The notes below the pieces were generated by a model. It worked only from the letters and a program-made list of their open reading frames with translations, was not told the origin of the DNA and did no database searches. Shown here one piece after another: positions 1-9,519 of a stretch of DNA of 64,000 nt; the first letter of the stretch is position 1, and the number at the start of each line of letters is the position of its first letter. The DNA comes from a virus. A program made the position numbers and the translations under genes. The DNA lies in IMG/VR virus record IMGVR_UViG_3300004463_001172, positions 45,137 to 109,136 of that record. The stretch is one strand, 5' to 3'.

Positions 1-179
1 ACAAATTCTTGTGTAGTGCGGTTCCAGGCCGTGGTATGCACGTGCCACCGCGTCTGCTGACAGACAATCCGTGCGCCCGGCATATAGGTCTCGTAGAGGG
101 CTAAGCGCTCTTCTGCCGCAAACTCTTGGGTTTCAATCGTGTGACCATTGTCGCGGTTGCGGATTGTGAGGTGTGCCAT
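1..179 (-). CDS. Hypothetical protein, partial (runs off window; MAHLTIRNRDNGHTIETQEF...)
   Basis: ATG at 179 after AGGA, directly downstream of the radical SAM stop; open to window edge; not in ORF track. Confidence 0.6.
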   Translation of the reverse strand, partial: MAHLTIRNRDNGHTIETQEFAAEERLALYETYMPGARIVCQQTRWHVHTTAWNRTTQEF

Positions 180-189
180 CGCATCCTAC

Positions 190-1299
190 TTAGACAAAGT
201 TCACGTGGGCCGGCGCCGGGTGAATAGCGTCAACAATCGCCCGATTCTTTTGATTGAACTGGCAGACCTGACAACTCGTGGCCTTGAAGTCGCCATAGGC
301 GGCGTGTTTTTGCTCGGAATGAAACCAGTCGATGAAGCGCTGGTGCGTAAGGTCGCCGACTTCGCCATGCTTGGTATAGGCGGTTGAGCAGCACCTATAA
401 ATTCGTAAATCTCCACCGATATACATATTGAATTGCTGATACCCGCAGAACTCGTAATCGGGGGCATGTTGCTGGAGGTCGCGAATCCGGTCGCCAAACA
501 TATTCACGAGACGAAAGGTATCATCCTGCAGTGTCATGGCCTTCTCAATCGCTTCGCCAATCACGGCAATCATCTCGCCATAGTACGCATCTCCCGCCTG
601 GCTAAACATGGCCGAGAGCCGCACATTATGCGCGCCAGCGTCCTTCATCTGCCGTACTCCGTCGCACAACTCAGCCCAGTTTTCCAGCGTAATCACGTAC
701 CCACAGCCCAGGAGACAGGGACTGTGCGCCAAGTCAATTTGGGTTCGGATCGCCATCACATGGCGCAAGGCCGTGCTAAAGTATCGTGGGTTGACCTGGC
801 GGATGGCGGCATAGGTCTCGGGGCTTCCCGCATCAATCGAGACGCGAATCCACGCCATTGCGGCATAGACCGATTCCCAACCTGGTCGTAAGACCACCCC
901 ATTGGTCACAAGCGCTGTTTCCATCCCTAACCGCTGTGCGTTGGTAAAGAGGTGTAAGTGGTCCGGATGGACGGTCGGCTCCCCACCACCCGTAAATTGG
1001 ATCGCCTTGACACCCAGTGTGGCGCAATCCTGAAGAATTTCGAGGGCCTTAACCGTCGGAATCATCCGGTTCGGATTGACATTGAGCTGGCCATGTTCAT
1101 AGACGCCAAACTGTTCCGAGGATAGGCCATCTGGACGCCTGTACGCACAGAAACGGCAGCTTTGCTGGCAAAAATCGCTCAAAATTATTTGACATTGCGT
1201 CGGAATGATTTGTTGTCCTTGACGTAATTCAGCAATCTTCTCTATATGCCATAACGCTTTCTCGCTTGAATAGGCTTGATCGGATCGAGAAATACTCAT
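190..1299 (-). CDS. Radical SAM protein with C-terminal SPASM/twitch domain
   Basis: CQQSCRFC (CxxxCxxC), TGGGEP, VTNG, RVSIDAG; C-terminal C...GD-RCC...CQVC. Confidence 0.92.
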   Translation of the reverse strand: MSISRSDQAYSSEKALWHIEKIAELRQGQQIIPTQCQIILSDFCQQSCRFCAYRRPDGLSSEQFGVYEHGQLNVNPNRMIPTVKALEILQDCATLGVKAIQFTGGGEPTVHPDHLHLFTNAQRLGMETALVTNGVVLRPGWESVYAAMAWIRVSIDAGSPETYAAIRQVNPRYFSTALRHVMAIRTQIDLAHSPCLLGCGYVITLENWAELCDGVRQMKDAGAHNVRLSAMFSQAGDAYYGEMIAVIGEAIEKAMTLQDDTFRLVNMFGDRIRDLQQHAPDYEFCGYQQFNMYIGGDLRIYRCCSTAYTKHGEVGDLTHQRFIDWFHSEQKHAAYGDFKATSCQVCQFNQKNRAIVDAIHPAPAHVNFV

Positions 1300-1312
1300 C
1301 TATCCCTCAAAG

Positions 1313-1380
1313 AGGCTAGTCAAGCGGAGCGGTGCTTAGCTGAGTCAAGCCAAGTCGAGCAAAGCCCAGCATAGCAAAGG
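1313..1380 (+). repeat. Pentamer array, about 14 x AGY-NN (RCT-NN on minus strand)
   Basis: AGG CT AGT CA AGC GG AGC GG TGC TT AGC TG AGT CA AGC CA AGT CG AGC AA AGC CC AGC AT AGC AA AGG. Confidence 0.85.
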
Positions 1381-1385
1381 ATATT

Positions 1386-1424
1386 ACGTATAGGCTGGCA
1401 ATCGGTATTTGCTAGCCTATACGT
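1386..1424. other. 16-bp inverted repeat / strong hairpin next to the pentamer array
   Basis: ACGTATAGGCTGGCAA-tcggtat-TTGCTAGCCTATACGT, one G-T pair. Confidence 0.85.
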
Positions 1425-1425
1425 T

Positions 1426-2007
1426 TCATGTCCTAGTCCAAATAGCATAAAAAGCACCAAACGGCTCTACCTTTCGCCCATGGTCATCGGTATCATGATA
1501 TTTTTCACAGCAAAGACATACCCACTTATCACCATTAAAATCATTTGGCTCCCAGCCACTTAGATGATTTTGCCAGTGACCTCCGCCCATACCCCACGCA
1601 TCTGGACGACCATCATAATTCTGTTCATGAAACCCTAATGGTGTAAACACACAAATTTGTTGTCGTGCCAGGCGTTCGGCTTCACGGAGTAACCGTCGAC
1701 CCTCGGGTTTCTCTAAATGCTCAATCACATCACCTGCCACGACCGTATCCACCGACTGATCGGGAAAGATCCGCATCACCTGATCCCATGTTCCATGTAA
1801 CAACACATGATGTGGGACATCGGGGCAGGCCTCGCGCAGCCGAGCAATATACGGCGCATACGGCTCAATGCCGATATGGAGTTGACAGCGCACCAGCTGC
1901 TGGGGGCGAATGCCAATGCCCACATCAAGCACTACTGGCGCTGGCCGCAACTGCGCTTGCGCCGCATCTACCAATGCATCTGCCGAATACCAGGTTATGG
2001 CCGACAT
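1426..2007 (-). CDS. Class I SAM-dependent methyltransferase
   Basis: VLDVGIG motif I, DTVVAGDVIEHL, VFTP. Confidence 0.85.
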   Translation of the reverse strand: MSAITWYSADALVDAAQAQLRPAPVVLDVGIGIRPQQLVRCQLHIGIEPYAPYIARLREACPDVPHHVLLHGTWDQVMRIFPDQSVDTVVAGDVIEHLEKPEGRRLLREAERLARQQICVFTPLGFHEQNYDGRPDAWGMGGGHWQNHLSGWEPNDFNGDKWVCLCCEKYHDTDDHGRKVEPFGAFYAIWTRT

Positions 2008-2594
2008 CTACCTTTCTCTAGATCCACCAGGCACACATGCATCGGGCGGTCCTGCCGTGCGCCGAGGCGTGAGGTGAGCCCGGTTAGCAACGGCTCTTTG
2101 CGTTCACAGGTGGCCCCGAGCCAATCTTCTAAGACCGGAATACTGACCGATGGCCCATACAGCCGCTCGACATCACACGTGATCATCAGTCGGCCGCCCG
2201 GTTCGACTTGCGCCCACAGATGGTTCAACACGGTCGGATGCCATGCGGGTGGAATCTCTTCCAGGTAACTAATGGCGAGTACCATCGCAAAGGCTTGGTG
2301 AAAGGGCTGACGGATGTCATGCTGACGAAAGTTGGGCATCACTGAAAAGGTTGGCGTGGCCTGACTATCGCTATGCAGCACTTGCGGTACGAGAGCTTCG
2401 ATGGCCTCAGCAAAGGGGCGCTGAAAGGCTTCAAAGCCACACCCGGTATTATGGAGGCTGTGAGGCTTCACCGCTTCAATGACCGCGAGTGCGTAGGGCC
2501 ACTCATAGGCCCGTGACCAATCCTGCCACTGTGGGTCAAAGAGGTCATCTGAGCGAAGTAATCGAAAGGCGTGAATCATGGCATCAGTCGGCAT
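1995..2594 (-). CDS. Class I SAM-dependent methyltransferase-like protein
   Basis: SRAYEWP, HNTGCG, AISYLEEI, VEPGGRLMITCD. Confidence 0.75.
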   Translation of the reverse strand: MPTDAMIHAFRLLRSDDLFDPQWQDWSRAYEWPYALAVIEAVKPHSLHNTGCGFEAFQRPFAEAIEALVPQVLHSDSQATPTFSVMPNFRQHDIRQPFHQAFAMVLAISYLEEIPPAWHPTVLNHLWAQVEPGGRLMITCDVERLYGPSVSIPVLEDWLGATCERKEPLLTGLTSRLGARQDRPMHVCLVDLEKGRCRP

Positions 2595-3415
2595 TAATCT
2601 TCATAGCTCCCCAGCGGTAATTGGCCCCAGCTCTGGTGGTTGCGTACTACATCTTCCGGACGGCCGTCATAGGTCGCCCCCGCATGGGGCCATGTGCCCG
2701 ATTTCGTCCAGAGTGGACAGGGACATCCGCGATAACACAGCGGATCGTGTTGGTCGTGGTATTGATGGGCTCCCCAGATATCAGGCGCATTGATGGCATA
2801 GACACCTTGGGTCTGTAATCTGACCCACGCATCCTCGTCCTCTGGCCAGGGCTCCGTGTAGCTTTCATCATATCCGCCAATCTCTAGCAGGCGCTGTTTG
2901 TGAATCGCAGCGAGCATCGGCACATGCCAGTAGCTGGAATGATGAAAGGGCGAGACAAATAACTCCTCAATCCGCGAAAAATCCTGCGTCCAGGGAATAT
3001 GATCCAGGAGCGCTTCCGTCATTGGTGAATGCACCCGGTAGCAATTGGCGAAGATATACGCCTGCACGTCTGCATCCGCGAGATAACTGGCAAACAGTTC
3101 CAAGGCATTCGGCGCGGCCATGACATCAGCCCCCTGAAAGACGAGGATTTCCGCCTGGGCTCGCTGAATCCCCACGTTCCAGGCTAATGCTGGGTTGCAG
3201 TAATAGGGTCGATGGAGATAGATATAGCGCAGCGGGAAGGCATCTGACTTTCGGGCCTCATCCACCACACGCTTGGTGTCATCGGTCGAGCCGTCATCGA
3301 TCACGATGGCCTCAAAACGGCTGTGTGCGTAGGTCTGCACGCTCAGTGACAAGAGATTCCGTCGTAGGTGCGCCGCCCGATTAAAGCTTGGAATAATGAC
3401 GGAAAAGTCCGGCAT
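2594..3415 (-). CDS. Glycosyltransferase family 2
   Basis: SVIIPSFNR, VIDDGSTD, NVGI...A, GGYDE, ED motif. Confidence 0.92.
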   Translation of the reverse strand: MPDFSVIIPSFNRAAHLRRNLLSLSVQTYAHSRFEAIVIDDGSTDDTKRVVDEARKSDAFPLRYIYLHRPYYCNPALAWNVGIQRAQAEILVFQGADVMAAPNALELFASYLADADVQAYIFANCYRVHSPMTEALLDHIPWTQDFSRIEELFVSPFHHSSYWHVPMLAAIHKQRLLEIGGYDESYTEPWPEDEDAWVRLQTQGVYAINAPDIWGAHQYHDQHDPLCYRGCPCPLWTKSGTWPHAGATYDGRPEDVVRNHQSWGQLPLGSYED

Positions 3416-3852
3416 TACGTTGCGTCCTCCCCCTCTGCTTCCGTCGGTGGCTCCGGGATCGGCAGGGTCATCGGGTCTGCACTATACTGCGCCTGGCGGG
3501 AGCGAAAGAGATTACCGACGACGTTTAATTCATCGGTTACTTGATCGGCCTGGGCTTTAACTTGCTCTCGGTTCGTCTCAAGCCATTCCTGGATTTCCTG
3601 CTGCACCAGCTCCGACGGTTCCACCAGCATCTCTGGGTAGCCATCGGCTTCCAGCGCGTCATAGGCTTGCACCATCGTATCCATTAGGGCTAAGCGCGTG
3701 CGATGGCGGCCGATCTGCGCATTCACTGTGGCCTTGGCCTCATCGCTGATATTCATGGTTAAGAGGCGTTGCAAGCCATTGAGCTGGGCCAGCATCTGCG
3801 CCCGGTCCTGCTCGACGTGCTCATAATTACGTGGGTGGCGCTCCTGCTCCAT
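3415..3852 (-). CDS. Hypothetical coiled-coil protein
   Basis: GGAGGAG RBS; stop/start coupled to the GT2 gene. Confidence 0.7.
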   Translation of the reverse strand: MEQERHPRNYEHVEQDRAQMLAQLNGLQRLLTMNISDEAKATVNAQIGRHRTRLALMDTMVQAYDALEADGYPEMLVEPSELVQQEIQEWLETNREQVKAQADQVTDELNVVGNLFRSRQAQYSADPMTLPIPEPPTEAEGEDAT

Positions 3853-3869
3853 CGTGCACTCCTCCCGGG

Positions 3870-4190
3870 CTAGGTTCGTCGAATGGTGACTAAGGCGCGT
3901 TCGCCGATAATGCGTGCCGTATCCTCGCCATACGCGGCTTTGATCCGGCTCAACTCGGCAATCACCATGTTGAGCGCTGCGGCCACATCAGCATCCCGGT
4001 CAGGGGGTTCTGGCGCGGCTGGGGCGTCTGGTGTCTCAACCGGCCAATCGAGAGTATCTGTGCTGAGCGTGGCATCAGGCATGGGTTCCCCATGGCCTAC
4101 GGCGTGAATCGTGGCGAGGTCTGGTGTCACGCCTTCTGACACCTCTGGTTCATCGCCTTTACTGCGGTCGCGTGATCCGGGGTCTCTCAT
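3870..4190 (-). CDS. Hypothetical acidic protein
   Basis: ATG overlapping the radical SAM stop (ATGA), GGAGGTG RBS. Confidence 0.6.
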   Translation of the reverse strand: MRDPGSRDRSKGDEPEVSEGVTPDLATIHAVGHGEPMPDATLSTDTLDWPVETPDAPAAPEPPDRDADVAAALNMVIAELSRIKAAYGEDTARIIGERALVTIRRT

Positions 4191-5518
4191 GAATTCACCT
4201 CCGTTAAGGTGTTTGGACATTGTACCGATGGCTGCTTTGTGGCATAAAACGCTTCAATCCAGGCGAGGAGTTCATCGCGGAGGACCAACGTCTCATCGGT
4301 CCACCACGGCAACCTCTGATCGCCGCCTTTCCCTTGTACTCCGTTATGGTACAACTGCTCGTAGTGCGGTACCCAGCCGAGGTCAATAGCACGCTGGTAG
4401 ATGGGCGTGCCTGGCAGTGGGATGAGGGTAGAAATCTGTGCGGAATCGGGCTGGGCGTCTTCAATCCAGCGCCTCGTGGCTTCCATACTCTGCCGATCAT
4501 CCCCTTCCATGCCAAAGATGAGATAGGCTTTCACGGCAATGCCCACGTCATGGCAGGCCTGCACCGCTTTGGTATTCAGCTCAACCGTATTTTTGCTAAT
4601 GGCGTCGAGGATCCGCTGGTCTCCGCTTTCAAACCCGAACGAAATGCAATCAATTCCCGCCCGTTTCATCTCAGGTAACAGATCATAGTGCAACACATTC
4701 GCTCGCATGTTGACTCGGAAATGATATGACTCTTTAGCCAACACACGGCAAAACTCTTCCACCCACGACCGCTTCAAACCCCAGAGATCATCAACCGCGA
4801 CAAACCGTTTCAATCCATAGGTACATTCCAGGTCTTGTAGTTCTTCAACCACCAAGCGTACAGACCGCACGCGAAGCTTCCGGGCCGCGTCCCCCAATGT
4901 CCTGACGCAATATGCGCAATTGAACGGACAGCCTCTTGAGCATAACAGTGTGCTACTGAAGCCGTTTCCAACTGTCAAATTACTGCAATAACTACTGAGA
5001 TCCACTAAATCTCTGGCCGGCAGCGGTAACACATCAAGGTTCTGCGGTGCCGACGCATGGAACACCCCAGGCGACCCGCCTTCCTGAATCCAGCGCGGGA
5101 GCACATGATCGGCTTCCCCGACAAACACGGCGTCAAAGCCATCCTGCAGGCATTCATGCGGTAGTGCACTGGCATGGGGCCCACCAATAATGATTCTCCA
5201 ATGTGGATTCTTCCATTTAAGAGCTGTCTGAACGTTGATAGCACTGGAATATTGGGCCGAGGTACAGGTCAAACCAAATACTGTATTATCTGGCTGCTCT
5301 TCAATCCATGCTGGCAACCTGAGATAGCCTTGTCGGACAAAAGCGTCTGGCATGACCCCGAACTGTCGTGCGAGAAAGTCATCCCCTGTCATATCCCAGA
5401 ATGCCACATCTCCACCAGAGGCCCGGACTTCCGCCGCGAGCATGAGTAGCCCTAATGGCGGTGCTCCCTTATCTGAGACCAAGAACGGCGAACATGGGTT
5501 AATAAAAATGATGCGCAA
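4187..5518 (-). CDS. Cobalamin (B12)-binding radical SAM protein
   Basis: PPLGL, IIGGPHAS, GEAD, SRGCPFNCAYC, GFESG, PLPGT. Confidence 0.93.
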   Translation of the reverse strand: MRIIFINPCSPFLVSDKGAPPLGLLMLAAEVRASGGDVAFWDMTGDDFLARQFGVMPDAFVRQGYLRLPAWIEEQPDNTVFGLTCTSAQYSSAINVQTALKWKNPHWRIIIGGPHASALPHECLQDGFDAVFVGEADHVLPRWIQEGGSPGVFHASAPQNLDVLPLPARDLVDLSSYCSNLTVGNGFSSTLLCSRGCPFNCAYCVRTLGDAARKLRVRSVRLVVEELQDLECTYGLKRFVAVDDLWGLKRSWVEEFCRVLAKESYHFRVNMRANVLHYDLLPEMKRAGIDCISFGFESGDQRILDAISKNTVELNTKAVQACHDVGIAVKAYLIFGMEGDDRQSMEATRRWIEDAQPDSAQISTLIPLPGTPIYQRAIDLGWVPHYEQLYHNGVQGKGGDQRLPWWTDETLVLRDELLAWIEAFYATKQPSVQCPNTLTEVNS

Positions 5519-5538
5519 TGCTTCTTATCCTCGTTTAG

Positions 5539-6453
5539 TCATGCCAGCGCCTTCGCCACGACGTCGAGGAACGTGGCACATTGGGTTTGGTACTGGTACT
5601 GTTGATGCACCAGTCGATACCCTGTATCCGCGAAGTCCTGATATGCATCTGCCGCCAGTCCCAGAATCGTTTCCATCTGTGTGGCCAAGGCTTCCGGTGT
5701 CTCCCCATACGCGACCCCTCGCCCGATGGGGAAGAGTTCCGGCATGCTAATCGGTTCACTCACCACCGGCACGCCACACCCCAAGGCTTCGTACAAGCGG
5801 GTCTCGGTATTTGGGCTGCTGGAATAGTGGCAATTGAGCACCACCCGACAGCGGTTGAGGTACTGCACGAGCGCCGCCCCATAACACCGATCAGCAATCG
5901 CATCGGGCCAGGCCCACCGAAACCCGCGTGGCAGGCAGGCGAGTGTATCTTGAATCCACTGAATCCGCCGCGCGCTGGCATAGCCATACACACCGATATC
6001 GATCTCCTTCTCGACCGCGAGTCGCCGATGAACGGTGGCATCGACCCCACTACTCGGACACCAGGCCACCCGGCGCGCGCCTAATGCTGTCACCGTGGAC
6101 AGACAGCAGGAGCAATGGTGCACAACGAGATCAAACGCTGCGGCATTGCGGCTTAGCGCATTGGCTTTGGCGAGCACCACTTCATCCATTGTTGGCCACT
6201 CCGGCGACATGACCTCGGCGTGCCAACAAATCGTGGGGGCTCCCGTGGTCTTGCGGAGGTGCTGAATCGCCACACGGCTCAAGCCATACCCTTGTGATAT
6301 GACATTCAGGTCTGCCGGTGGCAGTCCAGTGAGGTCTTCATCACGCATATTGGCAAAGGTGACCTGATGCCCCAAGGTCTCGAAGCCCCGGTGCATCATG
6401 GACTCACAGCCCCACGCAAGATTTGCTGCTTTGCCAATCAGGTTGATCTTCAT
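5539..6453 (-). CDS. GT-B glycosyltransferase (CgeB / Glyco_trans_1_2-like)
   Basis: VLNCH...ETRLYEALGCGVPVVSE. Confidence 0.85.
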   Translation of the reverse strand: MKINLIGKAANLAWGCESMMHRGFETLGHQVTFANMRDEDLTGLPPADLNVISQGYGLSRVAIQHLRKTTGAPTICWHAEVMSPEWPTMDEVVLAKANALSRNAAAFDLVVHHCSCCLSTVTALGARRVAWCPSSGVDATVHRRLAVEKEIDIGVYGYASARRIQWIQDTLACLPRGFRWAWPDAIADRCYGAALVQYLNRCRVVLNCHYSSSPNTETRLYEALGCGVPVVSEPISMPELFPIGRGVAYGETPEALATQMETILGLAADAYQDFADTGYRLVHQQYQYQTQCATFLDVVAKALA

Positions 6454-6633
6454 TTCACTCTCTGTGCCCGTTTGAGCGCAGGCGTTCGCTGGAGTGCTTC
6501 AGCCAAATATTCTGCAACAGGATAAAGATCATCTGAATGCAGCAGATAAATTATCTCTGTGTCTTCATACGCGGGACGTTTATACGCCGGTAAGCAGAGC
6601 TTGAGCCATTCATAGAGTGAGTTCACTAAGTCT

Positions 6634-7740
6634 CTATCCAAGTCCAATCCTCTCCAACCCTGTTGCGAGCCGCTGGGTAAAGCCCTGCCAGTGGAAGTGC
6701 GAGGTGGCTCGTCTGAGCGCCTGCAGGGCTTTCTCATGCACGATGTCATCACACGTGGCCTGGGCTTCTTGCATGGTCTTCCAAAGGATTTCCGGCCGAA
6801 TGATCGCTTGCTGGTAACAACTGCCATCCGGGTGTGGCTTGGAACCCTCTGGGTCAATCATCCACCCGCAGGACGAATCCACCCACTCATTCATCGGTGC
6901 AGCATTGAGGGTGATCACGGGTCGGCCATTGACGAGCGCCTCAATAAGGCTCAACCCTAAACCTTCCATTTTACTCGGCTGTACCACGACACGCCCTAAT
7001 CCATAGACCCCTCGCGGCGGTGGATAATCCCCTGATTCCCAGACGATATGTGGTGGGAGGGGCTGCTCCCAGCCAATGATCTTCACCGCCACCTCTTGGG
7101 GGAGTTGGCAATGGATCAACACTTCAGGCGGATTCCCCTCCAGCGGTTGACAGGCCAGCGCCGCGAGCAGCGTATCCAACCCTTTCCTGGCGTCGATGCC
7201 AATCCACCCTTGCGAACTGACAAAATCAAACCGCCGGTCCAGGGTCAGCGTTGAGGCCTCGACCAAGTGCTCATCCGGCACGCCCCAGCCGATATAGTGT
7301 GTCTGGGCCTCCTTCCCCCACTCTTGTAAGAGGGTGTACGCTCGTGCCGTGACACAGAGGAGCAGGTCATTAAAGCGTAGATAGGGCTTCTGGGGGAAGC
7401 TCAGGTAATTATCGATTTGTTGAACCGTTTTGATCCCAGCCTTTTGCAACGTCATAGGGAGCTCGGCTTGCAGCTCTTCGACAAACACCACCGCCTCAAG
7501 TCGGTGAAAACTGGCCCATTGCAAGAGCGCCAACGGTGGAATGACCGCATCGGGATAGTCCGTGCGGTTCGGCCAGTCCCATTCCCCAGTGGTTTCCCGC
7601 ATGGGCTGCCCGTAAATCATCCCCTGCCGCACAAACATGAAACACTCGTGATGGAGGTCGACACAGGCCCGACGTAGTGTCTGGGTAACATAGGGAACCC
7701 CACGCGCAAATGAGGTCGTGACAAATCCAAGCCTCGCCAT
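6634..7740 (-). CDS. Glycosyltransferase family 4 (GT-B)
   Basis: RKGLDTLL, PSKMEGLGLSLIEAL-GRPVIT (E-x7-E). Confidence 0.92.
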   Translation of the reverse strand: MARLGFVTTSFARGVPYVTQTLRRACVDLHHECFMFVRQGMIYGQPMRETTGEWDWPNRTDYPDAVIPPLALLQWASFHRLEAVVFVEELQAELPMTLQKAGIKTVQQIDNYLSFPQKPYLRFNDLLLCVTARAYTLLQEWGKEAQTHYIGWGVPDEHLVEASTLTLDRRFDFVSSQGWIGIDARKGLDTLLAALACQPLEGNPPEVLIHCQLPQEVAVKIIGWEQPLPPHIVWESGDYPPPRGVYGLGRVVVQPSKMEGLGLSLIEALVNGRPVITLNAAPMNEWVDSSCGWMIDPEGSKPHPDGSCYQQAIIRPEILWKTMQEAQATCDDIVHEKALQALRRATSHFHWQGFTQRLATGLERIGLG

Positions 7741-8052
7741 TTACCAGCGCCTCCGGGTCCAGGGGTGTGTTTCTTTGAGTCTGTGTATCTCTGCGAGCGC
7801 TCGAAAGGGGCAGATATCTGATACCGTATCAGCTGCGATCTGGGCTCCTATGGTATGGACATGCTGTACTGGCTGTTCATATGTCACTGTATTTCTATTG
7901 AAATCATAAGTGGCCGTAATCGGTGGCGGCTCAAGACAGAGATCAAACCCATGTGCAATGTAGATCTCTTCATAACAGAGATATTGATCGATGCTATACG
8001 GGTGGCCGTAGGGTCGGAGTGAGAGTGTCGCAGATTTCATCACGGGCGCCAT
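7741..8052 (-). CDS. Hypothetical protein bracketed by 27-bp direct repeats
   Basis: Same C-terminus HPWTRRRW as the upstream gene; repeat at 7735-7761 and 8047-8073. Confidence 0.65.
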   Translation of the reverse strand: MAPVMKSATLSLRPYGHPYSIDQYLCYEEIYIAHGFDLCLEPPPITATYDFNRNTVTYEQPVQHVHTIGAQIAADTVSDICPFRALAEIHRLKETHPWTRRRW

Positions 8053-8769
8053 TTACCAGCGCCTCCGGGTCCATGGATGTAAAAGAAAGCGTTCACCCCA
8101 CTGATAGGTTTGGCTCGGCACATCGGCGAACACGCCCGCCGCGATCACATCAGCGCCTTGGTCTTCAGGGCCTAACCCGATCATGAGTCGGTAGCGGCTC
8201 CGGTATTCCTTCGCCAGTTCTCGATAGTCGCGCGCTTTACTGGGGGCACTCTGCGAGTCAATGCTAATCATCGGGTCGCCAGATTGGGTGAAGTAGCCGG
8301 CCAGCGCGAGACAGGCATAGGACGCGCCCAGCGTAGCCACGGCCCGATAGATGGGATCTGCAATCGTGCCTGTCGTTTCACTAACGACATGTGGTACAGT
8401 CCATTCCAGGTTCAGCCGTTGGCTCGTGGCAATGCTGCCGCCTAAGTAGCGAATCTGATAGGTGGTACTGCTGGTCGGACTACTGATCAGGAGCCAGTCT
8501 TCGGCCTCTAAGTAGTGCGGGATGTCTGCTCCGACCGGGTATTCGATCTGGCGCACGCTGGAGAACTCATCCACCCAGCCGGTCGGTGTCCCCAGGACGG
8601 CGGTGCCACTCCCGGCTAAGGACCGTCGCCGGGTGAGGGGAAACAATCGGCTATGCTCCGCGACGGCATTCTGGATGGCTTCTTGACGGGCCTCAATGGT
8701 CAGCTTCTGTGCGCTATCCTGAATTAAGGCCGCGAGCACGACTTCATAATCACTGAGGACCTTGGCCAT
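8053..8769 (-). CDS. Putative head-tail adaptor / head completion protein
   Basis: Position after capsid and decoration genes; helical ends with a beta insert (IEYP) typical of adaptors. Confidence 0.55.
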   Translation of the reverse strand: MAKVLSDYEVVLAALIQDSAQKLTIEARQEAIQNAVAEHSRLFPLTRRRSLAGSGTAVLGTPTGWVDEFSSVRQIEYPVGADIPHYLEAEDWLLISSPTSSTTYQIRYLGGSIATSQRLNLEWTVPHVVSETTGTIADPIYRAVATLGASYACLALAGYFTQSGDPMISIDSQSAPSKARDYRELAKEYRSRYRLMIGLGPEDQGADVIAAGVFADVPSQTYQWGERFLLHPWTRRRW

Positions 8770-9125
8770 CAGTAACTACCCTTCCCAACAAAATAGGCGG
8801 AAAAATTCAGGTTCGGACTACTCCCAGCCAAGGTATAATTTAGGCGCCCCCATTTACCAAAAGGGGGTAACGTCAAGACGGCGAGCCCGGTTGCCGTGAG
8901 CGCCGCCATGCTTTTGAGGGTCAGGAACGCCCCGCCCGTGCCATAGGTGGCATTGGGGGACCATTGCCAGCGCGGCGTCACGGATGCCCCCGTGCCAGAT
9001 TTGCCCCGCACATAGATCCAGAGTTGTGCTTGGATGTACTCACCCACCGCGATATTCGCGCTGTTGCCAGAACTCGTGCGCGTGGCTTGACTCAACAGTG
9101 GAATACTATCGGCGCGTGAGGACAT
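8769..9125 (-). CDS. Small beta-rich virion protein (probable paralog of 9106-9516)
   Basis: Shared pattern S-N...hhhhV...P.h..SP...G.h.Rh.Y.h.G..F. Confidence 0.55.
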   Translation of the reverse strand: MSSRADSIPLLSQATRTSSGNSANIAVGEYIQAQLWIYVRGKSGTGASVTPRWQWSPNATYGTGGAFLTLKSMAALTATGLAVLTLPPFGKWGRLNYTLAGSSPNLNFSAYFVGKGSY

Positions 9126-9516
9126 CCCCAGGGTTCTCCGGTCCTACGATATAGGATTTACCCACCCATTCCATCCCAAAGGAAAGGCTCCCCTGAATGC
9201 GATAGGATACGCGCAGGAACGCCCCGAGATGACTGACGGGGATGCGATAAAATCCGATGTCGGTCAATGGCACTCCGACGACATGCTCGGCCCACCGCTG
9301 CACATCAGGGCTCACTTCCACGATGGGCCAGAGACAGGCGCCCTCGGGCCCGACCCCGTAGACATCGAGAAACACGAGTCCTTCCGCCCAGGTGGTGACG
9401 TTGCGAGGGCTCGTGCAGCCATCCACTTGGCGCCACGCGAGATCGAGGAGGGTCACTCGTTCACAGTGACCCTCCAGTCTCGGAGAGTGTCTGCGCAGCC
9501 GCCCCGGCCGATACAT
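9106..9516 (-). CDS. Small beta-rich virion protein (probable paralog of 8769-9125)
   Basis: TSPRNV...FLDV...VEVSPD...GAFLRVSYRI. Confidence 0.55.
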   Translation of the reverse strand: MYRPGRLRRHSPRLEGHCERVTLLDLAWRQVDGCTSPRNVTTWAEGLVFLDVYGVGPEGACLWPIVEVSPDVQRWAEHVVGVPLTDIGFYRIPVSHLGAFLRVSYRIQGSLSFGMEWVGKSYIVGPENPGDVLTRR

Positions 9517-9519
9517 GCG

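Noticed and set aside
1150-1180. NN string TT TG CA CA of the 1.3 kb array matches codon starts of FCQQ in the adjacent radical SAM gene
   Set aside because: Only 8 nt, and flanking dinucleotides do not match; expected by chance in a window this size
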